Positions 1-11,805 of a stretch of 64,000 nt of DNA are shown piece after piece (position 1 is the first letter of the stretch; every line of letters starts with the position of its first letter). Below the pieces are notes generated by a model. That model searched no databases, was not told the origin of the DNA, and saw only the letters and a list, made by a program, of their open reading frames with translations. This DNA is from Mytilus californianus (lineage: Eukaryota). The stretch covers positions 46,004,001 to 46,068,000 of the forward strand of contig NW_026262604.1 of NCBI RefSeq assembly GCF_021869535.1, in the 5' to 3' direction. The position numbers were made by a program, and so were the translations under genes.

Positions 1-2
1 AT

Positions 3-198
3 GAAAATGCATTTCAGTTTTTGAGTGAGTTCGAGTCTCATGCCGTGTTGCATCATATATTACTGGAAGAGGATGCTAGAAAAAGTGCAACTTTCCTTTT
101 TGCACCTTTGTGGCCCAGCTCTAACTTGGTTCAATACTCTTCCAGCCGACAATAAACACTTATGGCAAACTTTTGAACAGATTTATAAGAAGCAATAG
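3..198 (+). pseudogene. Degenerate LTR-retrotransposon gag (capsid-like) fragment
   Basis: Manual translation gives ENAFQFLSEFESHAVLHHILLEEDARKSATF, then a frameshift in a T-run, then LHLCGPALTWFNTLPADNKHLWQTFEQIYKKQ*. This fits the Retrotrans_gag pattern (L-x-G-x-A-x-x-W-F...W). It is cut by the window edge. Confidence 0.55.
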
Positions 199-858
199 CT
201 ACCGTCATTGTGTCTGTTGTCGTCTGACATTTTTGTTTTGTTGGAACAAGTAAAATTACAAGATGGGTAGCAAAGGCCACACAATAGTCTTATGTCTTTT
301 GACTCGCATTTGTTTAAATAACACAATTCTTAAATTGTTTTATCAATTTAATTATATACACTTGTATATATATACTCGTTTTCTATGTATAGCTGTCGGG
401 AATATTTCTTTTCTCGATATCAGGTGCTCTTGAAGGGTAAGCAGCACGTGCCTGTGTTTGTTTATTTATATTTCATTTATTTGCTATTTAAAACATGTGA
501 CATGAAATTATAACTCAACTCATTACACTTGAGAGATTTAAAATCACTTACATACACGTGAACTTGTTTCGTTCCTGTAACTTTACTAACGATCGTTCTT
601 CGAACGTTTTTATAGCTTACCTGTATTGATTAAATTAAAAGATAGATTACTCTATTTACCTATTTATAACATTTCACAAAAGAGCTTCCGTTTTTAAAAA
701 ACTTCACATATTGTTTTCTGATTTATTTGATTTATTTGTTTCCCCCCTAAAATGACATCGAAACTAAATTCATCTTTACTAAATTAATCTCTCTGAATTC
801 ACTACAACTGCATCGAACATTCTTATGATGTTCCAATTTTGCCTTTTGTACATGTATT

Positions 859-1041
859 AGATACAATACAAAGGTAACAAAGAAACAGGCCGGTAACAAC
901 CGTTGCCGGATAGTTTTTCCGCACGAGTAGTCAGGTCAAGGTCCGAGGCGATAGCCGAGGACCTTGACCTGACTACAAGTGCAGACAAACTATACGGCAG
1001 GTTGTTTCCGGCCTGTTTTTAGTTACCTTTGTTTTGTATCT
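859..1041. mobile_element. Hairpin MITE (~183 bp), second copy at ~2285-2467
   Basis: Imperfect palindrome AGATACAATACAAAGGTAAC...GTTACCTTTGTTTTGTATCT with inner arms GTCAGGTCAAGGTCC / GGACCTTGACCTGAC around GAGGCGATAGCCGA. Confidence 0.8.
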
Positions 1042-2173
1042 GACTTGTACGACGTTTCAAGAAGGAAGAAGTACATTTTGCATTTAGAAGAGGTAGCAAA
1101 ACTAAAGATATTAGAAACTTAAATGGCCATATACCAGTTAATGTAAGTTACAGTTTAAACTCATTTTTTTTTCTCACTTCCCTTCAGCCGAGAGTTTTTT
1201 TCTCAAAATTTTCAGGAATCTAATAACTTTATAAAAGGAACCATTTCAAGTTAAAGGTGAATGTTATACACATTTGAGAATTTTTGAAATGCAACTTCGC
1301 AAGAAAGTAATGTATGAAAAAAATTCAGATGTAAGCAAGCTACTATTTGATTTTTATTAAGGGAAAAAGGGGGAGGGGGTTAAAATAGATTTTAAAATAA
1401 ACAGGCTTCATCCTTTTTTTCTTGAAAGAACGCAGATGTGCCATTCCAGCCTGTAGGCATATAATTTGGATTAAAAAAATGTTCATGCTTATAGGTTTGT
1501 ATATGTCTCTGATAGTGTTGATCAGGATTAAACACGTGTCATGACATTATATGATCCAATCAGAGCTTACTGTCCAAAATTGATAACATAAGTTGAATGA
1601 TTTTCTTCCAGATTTGCTGCCTATTTGAACATGTATTACACGGACACTTTTTATTTGTAGTATCAATCGTGCATTGGTGAGTTGACAGGGATTTTATCTT
1701 TTGATTAGATTTGATTTTTTTATATATATTTCCTGTCATTTTTATAAACGTTGGTACCAGCATTTCTTTCAGCATTGTCCAGAATACTATTCATGTCCAT
1801 ATATTGAAAAAAAAAAAACCATTTACGGACCGACTATTTAGCTTCAAAAGGGGGTGTGTTCTTTTCTGAGTAAGAAAGTTATTTAGTTTTTCAACTATAT
1901 GATATATTATATATTTTTTTCTCATAAAATTGGGGATCAAAATGTTTTTTTAGGAAAAAACCATAACCCACCTTTTGAAGTTAAATGGACAATCCCTTAG
2001 TGTACTAATATGAATAGTTACTGGAATTGTTTGAAAAAAAATTGGTTATTGATGCTAACGTAAATATTTTAATTAAAAAGACAGGAAATATGTCGGTGAA
2101 ACAAAATGTTCAAATCTTATTGAAATTTAAAGTGCCCATGAACTCACTGATTATGCACGAGTGATTCTATTCA

Positions 2174-2279
2174 TAAAAAGTGTCCGTGTAACAAATAAAA
2201 AGTGTCCGTGTAACAAATAAAAAGTGTCCGTGTAACAAATAAAAAGTGTCCGTGTATCATCTAAAAAGTGTCCGTGTAA
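2174..2279. repeat. 22-bp tandem repeat TAAAAAGTGTCCGTGTAACAAA (5 copies; 4 copies at 3600-3683)
   Basis: Directly visible. The reverse complement of the unit (TTACACGGACACTTTTTATTTGT) occurs once at ~1637 and once at ~3063, so it behaves like an amplified TIR of a ~650-bp MITE. Confidence 0.9.
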
Positions 2280-4099
2280 GTATTAGATACAATACAAAGG
2301 TAACAAAGAAACAGGCCGGTAACAACCGTTGCCGGATAGTTTTTCCGCACGAGTAGTCAGGTCAAGGTCCGAGGCGATAGCCGAGGACCTTGACCTGACT
2401 ACAAGTGCAGACAAACTATACGGCAGGTTGTTTCCGGCCTGTTTTTAGTTACCTTTGTTTTGTATCTGACTTGTACGACGTTTCAAGAAGGAAGAAGTAC
2501 ATTTTGCATTTAGAAGAGGTAGCAAAACTAAAGATATTAGAAACTTAAATGGCCATATACTAGTTAATGTAAGTTACAGTTTAAACTCATTTTTTTTTCT
2601 CACTTCCCTTCAGCCGAGAGTTTTTTTCTCAAAATTTTCAGGAATCTAATAACTTTATAAAAGGAACCATTTCAAGTTAAAGGTGAATGTTATACACATT
2701 TGAGAATTTTTGAAATGCAACTTCGCAAGAAAGTAATGTATGAAAAAAATTCAGATGTAAGCAAGCTACTATTTGATTTTTATTAAGGGAAAAAGGGGGA
2801 GGGGGTTAAAATAGATTTTAAAATAAACAGGCTTCATCCTGTTTTTTCTTGAAAGAACGCAGATGTGCCATTCCAGCCTGTAGGCATATAATTTGGATTA
2901 AAAAAATGTTCATGCTTATAGGTTTTTATATGTCTCTGATAGTGTTGATCAGGATTAAACACGTGTCATGACATTATATGATCCAATCAGAGCTTACTGT
3001 CCAAAATTGATAACATAAGTTGAATGATTTTCTTCCAGATTTGCTGCCTATTTGAACATGTATTACACGGACACTTTTTATTTGTAGTATCAATCGTGCA
3101 TTGGTGAGTTGATAGGGATTTTATCTTTTGATTAGATTTGATTTTTTTATATATATTTCCTGTCATTTTTATAAACGTTGGTACCAGCATTTCTTTCAGC
3201 ATTGTCCAGAATACTATTCATGTCCATATATTGAAAAAAAAAAACCATTTACGGACCGACTATTTAGCTTCAAAAGGGGGTGTGTTCTTTTCTGAGTAAG
3301 AAAGTTATTTAGTTTTTCAACTATATGATATATTATATATTTTTTTCTCATAAAATTGGGGATCAAAATGTTTTTTTAGGAAAAAACCATAACCCACCTT
3401 TTGAAGTTAAATGGACAATCCCTTAGTGTACTAATATGAATAGTTACTGGAATTGTTTGAAAAAAAATTGGTTATTGATGCTAACGTAAATATTTTAATT
3501 AAAAAGACAGGAAATATGTCGGTGAAACAAAATGTTCAAATCTTATTGAAATTTAAAGTGCCCATGAACTCACTGATTATGCACGAGTGATTCTATTCAT
3601 AAAAAGTGTCCGTGTAACAAATAAAAAGTGTCCGTGTAACAAATAAAAAGTGTCCGTGTATCATCTAAAAAGTGTCCGTGTAACACCCGTTAATGTACTG
3701 TTTTTCTATAGCTCTGCTGGGGGCAAAGTCGTACAAAAATTTTTGTTTTCCCTTATTTTTTATTTGCCTGAATTTCATGAATGATCATTCGAATTATATG
3801 TGTTTATATCTTGCATCATGTTTTACAAAGCAGTCCTATTTTCTGATTGTCATATATATGTATTGTTTTGTATTTGACAATGGGTAATGACATCGTAGCA
3901 TATAGAATGACAATAGGACTGTTTTATCACAAGATAAGTCTGGGTTGTTTGAGAAAAACATTGGTATCGTTCTCAGTGTCTGAATTACTTGCCGTTTTAT
4001 TTACGAATGTTTCAAGACTCAAACTATGTATTTTTAATTTATACAGATCTTCTGCTAATATGATTTCATTTTACATACTGTTATTATAGATATAAGAAG

Positions 4100-4189
4100 A
4101 TGTGGTATGAGTGCCAATGAGACAACTCTCCATCCAAGTCAAAATTTATAAACGTAAACCATTATAGGTCACAGTACGGTCTTCAACAC
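4100..4189 (+). repeat. Short copy of a bivalve-type interspersed repeat (AAGAAGATGTGGTATGAGTGCCAATGAGACAACTC...)
   Basis: It interrupts the LINE leader between ILLL and LLMCGD. Related reverse-strand sequence (GCAATCATACCACATCTCCTT) occurs in the serpin spacers, e.g. ~37093. Confidence 0.6.
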
Positions 4190-6236
4190 GTTTGTTGCTA
4201 ATGTGTGGTGACATCGAACCGAACCGGGGTCCTGAGCGCACACCAGAAATATCTGAGAAAACATTGTCAATTTTCCATGGTAATATAAGAAGCCTTAGAA
4301 ATAAACTGAATTATATTGTCGATATTATTGAAGATTACGATGTCGTATTCTTGACAGAAACCCATTTAGACTAAAATATTACAGATTCTGATTTATATAT
4401 ATCCGGTTTTGAAATACCAGTTCGAAAAGATAGAAATTCTCATGGGGATGGCATTATTATGTATTATAAAAGTTATGTTCGCATAACTGGTCGACATGAT
4501 TTGGAGAATTGCCAACTTGAGAGTATGTGGTTTAAGTTAAAAACTAAATTGCGATCAATATTGATAAACATCAATTATAGGTCGGAACGGCAATCTTCAG
4601 TTTATTTCTGGCAGTATTTTGATCAAATGTTGAAAAATGCCCTGGATGAAAATAATTGCATAATTTGCTTAGATGACCTGAATAAAAACTTTATGTCAGA
4701 TCTACCGTCAAATATAAGAGATATTTTTTTCATCAATGGCCTTGTTAACATGATTGACAAAGCTACTCATTTTGACACACGAACAGCTAGCACGTCTTTA
4801 CTTGATCCTATTTTAGTCACTGATTCGATACCGGTTTTAGATAAAGACACAACACCTTTTGATAGAGGTATTAGTGATCATGATGGAACATACGTCACAA
4901 TTGATTGTGGTTTTAGTAGTATATCTTGATTCGGAAGGCGTTTTGCAGATGATACTTCATTAGATCATACTGCACCTGATAAATCCACTTTAAAAAATTC
5001 GATCAGTAGAGATCTTGATTATTTAAGTAAGTGGATATTTGACATTTGAATTTAAACTTAAACTATTCCTTTCTCATACATTGGTTGTATTGTAATTTAT
5101 ACATGTATTTTTATTTTCATTCGAATTAAACTGGAAACAAATAATTACGATATAAAATTAAAAACCAGAGCATGACATCAATTACGTTTTGCGAACGTTG
5201 GGACAAAACGGCTATACTTTTTGAAACGATCTAAAAACCTTGTTGCTTAACGAAAAAATATTAAACACTATATTGTTTAAGAAGAAAAACAGAAAAACCT
5301 TTACCGCCAAGTTTTATTTTGTATGATCTAACTATGCTTATTTGATAGACAGCTGGTTAAAACCTCAATTTTAAAGAAAATAAAGCGTTTTTTTCGTTGG
5401 GACAAGATGGCTATACTTTTTGAAGTCATTGCAATAGAAACTATACGCATGGTTTCCGGCAAAAAAATATCATGAACCAGGAGAAAAGTAAAAAAACTTT
5501 CAAAATATAATAAATATTTTTTCTCTCAGCTTTTTCAATTTCACGGTATAAATGCGCAAACCCGAAATATACTTACTTTGCATACGGTTGGACATTTTTC
5601 AGACCGTTTACAAAAATAACATTTTCCGGATTACGGTTTCAGTGATATTGATTTTGCTTTAACACGCGAATAATTATAACAATAGCAATATTATTGTGAA
5701 GTTTTACGATGATCAGAGAAAAAATACCGTAGGAGAGAAACGGAACTCTGATCTTTTGCATACAAAATGAAACGTTGGACATTACTTTTTTGCGTAAAAA
5801 TGTGATAATTAAGTGTTATAATTCCTGGTATTTTAAATTTCGGTTCCTTTTTTTCTTTAATTTCAAGTCTAATGGAATGAATTCAATCAGAAATCACTAT
5901 ATTTTTATCGATCTGACCAGTCTACGTATTTATTTTTATGCTAATCTATAGCAAAATGGAATTGGTACCAACATCGTGCGCAACGTCATAGTTACTGGAT
6001 TACCAAGTTTTGCTAGCCGAAACGCTATTTGCAGGGAGACGGGATGGGAAAAATTAAGCGTAAGGCGGGAGGTAAAAAAGTTGGCCATGTTTTATAAAAT
6101 TATTAACAATCAGGCTCCAGATTATCTACATGACTTGGTTCCAGAATTTGTATCTGATATTAGTAATTACAATTACGAAACAGACACAATATCACTATTC
6201 CAGTGAATCGTGTGTCGGTTTATCAACATTCTTATT

Positions 6237-7419
6237 AGAAGTGGGACATTTAAAGACGTATCGCATCTGTATCTGATACGTTGACGTATATGAACGTATC
6301 TATTGGTTATTGTTAAAATACATGTAGCAATCGAGAATAGGGAAAAGAGTTGGGGAAAAAAGTGAAAGGTTGATGGCTTTTTTTGGTCTCTTTCATTTTT
6401 AATATACCTGAATTGTCTTTTAACAACTGTTTAATAGATGTATTAAATGTGTGTATGTACTTGCTTCTTGTCAAAATCCTGACTTCTTGTATCTATTGTT
6501 ACATTTATTGCCCTAAACGTTTCTACGATAAATTATATATTTACAGTACCTATAATACAATTATGAAAGCACGGACCAGTGGCGGATCCAGAACTTTTCA
6601 TAAGGGGGGGGGGGGGGGGGGGGGGGTCGCTGACTGACCTAAGGGGGGGGCTCAAGTCATGCTTCAGTGATTCCCTATATAATCAACCAAATTTTTCCCA
6701 CGAAAGGGGGGCCGGGCCCCCCAGCCCCCCTCCCCCCCTGGATCCGCCTATGTGGACAACAGCAGAAGCTAACATCTACACACATTTAACAATCACGTGT
6801 TTTTCGTGTCAATCTATATACTTGTATATGTTTTAGCACTCGATATTTAAATGATTAGAACTACCCAGGTGTGAAGCTGAATTATAAAACAAATGAAGTT
6901 AACGTTGACTATATTTACGCGTACTTTAAATTTGCTTATTAATGAATCATTCAACATCAGCAGAGTCGGATTGGTGACTGATACCAATTTTAATACATTT
7001 AGCAGGCAATACTTTTTCAAATATTAAAAATGAAAGAGAACAAAAATTTTCATCACCCTTTCCCTACTTTGTTCCTTCTCTTATCCCTGTTCTCGAAATT
7101 GTTATCACAGTTTTTTACTCAATCATTAACTATATCTGCATTAGTATCATTCAAATTCATGCCTGAAAAGTGATGATCGATGGTTTAAATATCTAGTGTT
7201 TAGATATTTAAGCGAGTAAACATAAATTGAAAACTATCGTGTAATAAAAAGAGTGTATTAATGACCGAAAGACATCTAACATGAAATAAAAACAACAACA
7301 CATAAACATGTACTATTTTAAGACGTAAATAATCAATTTTAAGCAATAACCCATAGATACGTTTAGATACGTCAACGCATCAGATACGGATACGATACGT
7401 CTTTAAATGTCCCAATTCT
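6237..7419. mobile_element. Non-autonomous TIR element (~70-bp imperfect TIRs) with 3-bp ATT target duplication
   Basis: AGAAGTGGGACATTTAAAGACGTATCG...CGATACGTCTTTAAATGTCCCAATTCT. ATT flanks both ends (6234-6236, 7420-7422). Removing the element and one ATT restores the LINE reading frame YQHSYFPASITLWN. Confidence 0.85.
6577..6752. mobile_element. GC-rich MITE (CAGTGGCGGATCC...GGATCCGCCTATG) nested in the 6237-7419 element
   Basis: 13-bp imperfect TIRs with internal poly-G and poly-C tracts. No clean TSD (cggac/tggac). Confidence 0.75.
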
Positions 7420-8474
7420 ATTTCCCAGCATCCATAACATTGTGGAACACTTTATATATTATTATTAGACAGATTCCTACATTTTCATTATTCAAAAGCA
7501 AATTGTATATGTTATACTATAAGAGTAAAAAACCTCCAAGACATTTTTACTCTGGAGACCGCTTACTATCTGTATTACATGCAAGGTTGCGGTACCATTG
7601 TAGCACTCTTCAATCAGATTGTTTAATGCAAACTTAGTACAAGATGCCAATTGTTTATGTGGCCTCATCAATGAAGATGCTAAACATTATTTATTATATT
7701 GTAACAATTTTTCATCGCAAAGGCTTTTAATGATAAATGAAATCAATGTTTTTGCTGTCAATATTACAATTGAGTTATTGCTCTCTGGTGATGAGTCTTT
7801 GAGTTCTGAAGAAAATTATAGTGTTTTTCTTTCTGTACAAAAGTATATAAAAAGTACCAAGCGTTTTTCTCAACTTTGACAACTTTATTCTGTAACAGAT
7901 CTTACTAGAACATGATCAATGTATGCTCTTAGGGGTACGATAATCGAATATTCTTTATGAATGACTTTTGTATTCTGCTTCAACGTTTCAATTGATTTAA
8001 GTAAAAAACAAAATTGATACTTACAATTACGTGTAGATTTATTCCGTTTTCCTGTTAATCCGTAACTATAAACTATGAGTGTGTAATTTACATTTAAACA
8101 CATTCACTCACATGACTTGTCATGTACACTAACATATTTTATTTTACACAGCTCGGTGTGTTTGTATTTATTTCTTCTGAAAATAGGCGCATTCGATTGG
8201 TTATATTAAGTGGTAAATATCCATTGATTCAATTCTTAAAATTTGTATGTAATTTATTTTTATATCTTCACGCTAAAATAATAATTGGTTAAAGTAAGAT
8301 TTATGTAATGTTCATTCATGTGTATATTTATGTATATATTAAAGAAGACGTTACTAAGTTGAAAAACTTGTGTCTAATCCATTTGTCATTTTTGAACAAT
8401 AAAATATGTTTAAACTTAAAAAGGCCAGGAACTGTCAACCGATGTCAAAATCATGATTATAGAATTATTACAGA

Positions 8475-9250
8475 ATGGGTATTCTCTTCGAAAAATCAGT
8501 GACATACTTAAAAACCCTAACAGTTATTGACATTGTTCGTGCATTTTTAGACACAAGTTCTGTTGAAAATAAACCAAGAAGTGGCCCACCATTATTTGTA
8601 AAATTGAGCGACTACCGCAAGCCCAAACACATTTTAAAAACAAGTCGTAGGAATTCCTTGTGTGACATAACAAACAAGTTTAACGAGAAAAATTGTGTTC
8701 CTGTGTCTAAGCGTTCCATTCAGCAACATAAACATGGGAACCACAGAGGTGTTCATAATAAGAAAGTCGTTATAAGGGAAGTAAATCGTAAAAAAGACTT
8801 GCATGGTGCAGAGAAAAAAGGCGATGGACGGTTAATGTCAACTGGAAAACGGTAATTTTTGGATGATAGTAAAATTATGATTGGACATGATCAACGTGTG
8901 TATGTATGGCAAAAAAGAGACGAGGGGTGGAGACCGGACCTTGTTCAACCGCGGATATTACAAACCAGATACCAAGTCATGATTTGGGAGTGTATTTGCT
9001 AGAATGCTGTTGTTACACTTACTCCTGTAGAGTGCAGTATTAATGCTGTTAAATAACAAGAATACATTTGTGGCCAGTGAAAGCTGAACATTTTCCGGGA
9101 GGTGATTATTTTTTTCCAAAAGACACCGCCCCTGTACATCGTGCTAGGTCTTACCACGGTTTTGTAGCCCAGAACGGAAGTAACAGTATGAGCTGGACTG
9201 CCTAGTCTCCTTAATGTGATCGAAAACGTATGGCTATTTATCAAAACTTT
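8475..9250 (+). pseudogene. Decayed Tc1-family transposase
   Basis: HTH/linker KPRSGPP is followed, across frameshifts and stops, by KKRLAWCREKRRW, W..VIF.DDSK, VMIWECI, FQ.DTAPVH and SP..NVIENVW. Element ends were not resolved. Confidence 0.8.
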
Positions 9251-9659
9251 AAACACGATTGGGATGATAAAATCTAAAAATGTTTTGTATCAAGACATTT
9301 CCCATACTTTGGTCACTATTACTCCTTTCTATATTTAGTGCTTGTACAAGTCAATTCCAAAATAGTATATGAAATGTATCCAAACGGTATAGATTAAAAT
9401 TTCACATAAAACCTACTCCAATTAAGCATTACATAAAAATTCAAAATCGTTATAGATGAGATCATTTGCTTATCACAAACTCATCATATCAACCAGGATT
9501 TAAAATTTGGTACGCCATACATGTATTTCGTTAATAGTAAAAAAAAAAGAACGAAGTGGATCATTTTAGAACAACTAGATCTTAATAATCACGGTCCTGT
9601 TTCAGAGAAGGCTATGGAAATTTACAAATTTTTATTATTTTTTTTTAATATGACACAGC

Positions 9660-9900
9660 ATATGTTAAAAAAGAGAGGCATTTAAACTCATAAGTCGAAA
9701 ATAAACTGACAACCCAATGCAAATACAAAAGATACCAAAAGACAAACAACAGTATATAAAACACAACATAGAAAACTAAAGCAACACGAACGCTACCAAA
9801 AAACAAGGGTAATATCAGGTGCTCCTGAAGGGTAAGCAGATCCACAGGTGGTAGCCGTCGAGTTGCTTATGTAAGTACAAACCCGTTGATAGGTATAATT
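9660..9900 (+). repeat. Interspersed repeat family (AAACTCATAAGTCGAAAATAAACTGACAAC...CAGGTGCTCCGGAAGGGTAAGCAG)
   Basis: Further copies or partial copies lie at ~420, ~22380, ~28765, ~35745, ~38400 and ~62090. Class not determined. Confidence 0.7.
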
Positions 9901-11805
9901 CGGTAGATCACAGACGGGAATAAGAGGACTCAATTGTTAAAAATGTTATCAATAAAATAAAGGAACAGTATGATTCTCTTGTGAAGACACAGGAAATTTG
10001 AAGTTAGTAGATTATAGTGACGTTGATGTCACAATGAGTGATCAAATATTTTAAGAACATAACTAAAGTAAGGCAACAGTAATTTATCGATGTTCAAATC
10101 TTATGATTTGATTAAGAAGACAAATCAAACTAAAACTGAAGGAGTTGCATGCACTCCAAAAGAAGCAAGACCAGGTGCGTCAACAGTGTTGGCGCGTCCT
10201 GATAAGACTTTATCACCCACCATGTGATGTTAAATGTCAAAATCTGAAAAATTACAGATTATACGACTTTTCGGGTATCAAACGATATATATATAACGAG
10301 ACCATGTCGCTTTTGAGTTGAGACACAGACACATCGTATCGGGAAATCAATTCGTGATAATGACAGTAAATTTTATGTTAAGTCGATTTCAGTCGTTCTT
10401 CCTCATAACACTGTTGACGCAGTTCTTGTGTAAGGAGCACACCAAAGTTAGTTAAGTCACCATAGTAGTATCCTGCATGAGCGTAATATATCATCTGAGA
10501 TATCTAAACATTAAACCTATGTTGCTGCAATATATGAAATATATTAAAGAACATCGAAGCTGCATCGATAAGCTGGTAAATTTAGTCATTCGTTGCTCTA
10601 GACACATCAACTGGATTCGGATGATTAAGTTTTCATTCATTATATATATCAAAATAGCTTTTTAGTTGAAGACGATAAGGTTTCTCAACAATTGAAATAA
10701 CTTGCCTCTAACGGCAATTCATTTGATCGGTACCAAATAAGTAAAATTGGAAGAGGATCTTCAATTGATATTTACTTTCTGGTTTCGTTTAAATTAGAAG
10801 AATATACAAAATTAGGTAGAACTGGCCACAGTTTTGTTTACATTTACTAGATGTGGTTTGCAAAACAATAAATTGTGGTCTTTCTGTTTTCTACTGTGAC
10901 TCTAAAAAATTACAAAAAAAAAATTGTAATTTCCTTCAATGTCAGACCAACTCGAAATTGGTTCATTGTTGGAATGAAAATATTTATTCAACCTTGGAGG
11001 GATAACAGATAAAATTGTGTAGTAGTTTTAGTTTTCTTTTATGAAAGTAATTTCCAAGTTCAGCGTATCCTACACAATTGTAATTTTTCGAATCCCGGTT
11101 AGCCCATGATACATTAAAAAAATTAACAGCACTGAAGGTTATATTCCTACTCCCTTTCATGAAAGAAGTAAATGGTACTATTTATCAATTAATAGTTTAT
11201 TTGGCAAGTTCCGTATTAGACCGTGTAAGTAGATATTGTTTTTTTGGCTGCCACCCTTTGGACGAACATAAATTTCCATTGACAATTAAGAGCTAGCAGA
11301 AAAGGCAAATTTATTTATGCGTAATGTGTGTTTCCATTCAGTTTTTTCAAATGATTTAATTACATCAATTCTGATTTTATTATACCAACACATTTTGATA
11401 CAAGTAGTTATTTTTCACTAAAAATTGGTTAAAACCCTAACATATCACTTTCAAATTATAGAACCAGTCAATAATTAACAAAGGGAAGCAATTTGAGTCA
11501 AAAGTGTGTAATAAAAGAATTAAATCGATAATTGGCAAATGAACTATTTAGATTTTACATATTAAGGTGTTTAAACATGTTATATATGTCATACAATTTT
11601 AGGAATCATATATTTTATAGCAATGTTGATTGATTATCTATGGAATCGAGTTAGACGAACACAATTATGATTTCAATCAGGCATGTACTAGTCAAAGCTG
11701 TCAGAAATTAAAATTAGAGAATCTGTAATTCAATCCACAACAAAAAATAAACAGTAATTTGTACAAATTAAACTTTTAACACTTGATTCTAGCTTTAGAT
11801 TATTG

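Larger units (their letters stand above)
855..3683. repeat. Tandem duplication of a ~1427-bp unit (855-2280 / 2281-3683), >99% identical
   Basis: The same text recurs at offset 1426-1427, including the identical 71-aa ORFs at 1560 and 2987. I saw only about 3 substitutions, one 1-bp indel and a 5-vs-4 copy difference in the terminal 22-bp repeat. Confidence 0.95.
3880..7879 (+). mobile_element. Fragmented CR1/L2-clade LINE ORF2 (APE endonuclease, RT remnant, C-terminal Zn-knuckle) with nested insertions
   Basis: Leader MGNDIVAYRMTIGLF is followed by LLMCGDIEPNRGP and APE motifs (HGNIRSL, FLTETHL, GDLN-like DDLN, SLLD, ISDH). RT FADDTSL...DLDYLSKW lies at ~4938-5035. C-terminal segments lie at 5976-6233 (GWEKLSVRREVKKLAMFYKI) and 7420-7879 (YFPASITLWN...CLCG..ED..HYLLYC...KRF). 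There are stops, frameshifts and a large internal deletion. Confidence 0.9.

Noticed and set aside
2174-2279. CRISPR or iteron array
   Set aside because: The units are head-to-tail with no spacers, and match a TIR in inverted orientation.
1560-3202. Two identical 71-aa ORFs as a duplicated gene
   Set aside because: They lie inside the duplicated MITE-rich unit, start at a non-ATG codon and have no recognisable motif.
5040-5975. Distinct MITE interrupting the LINE
   Set aside because: The terminal similarity is weak and there is no TSD, so I could not define ends. It is mentioned only as an unresolved insert.
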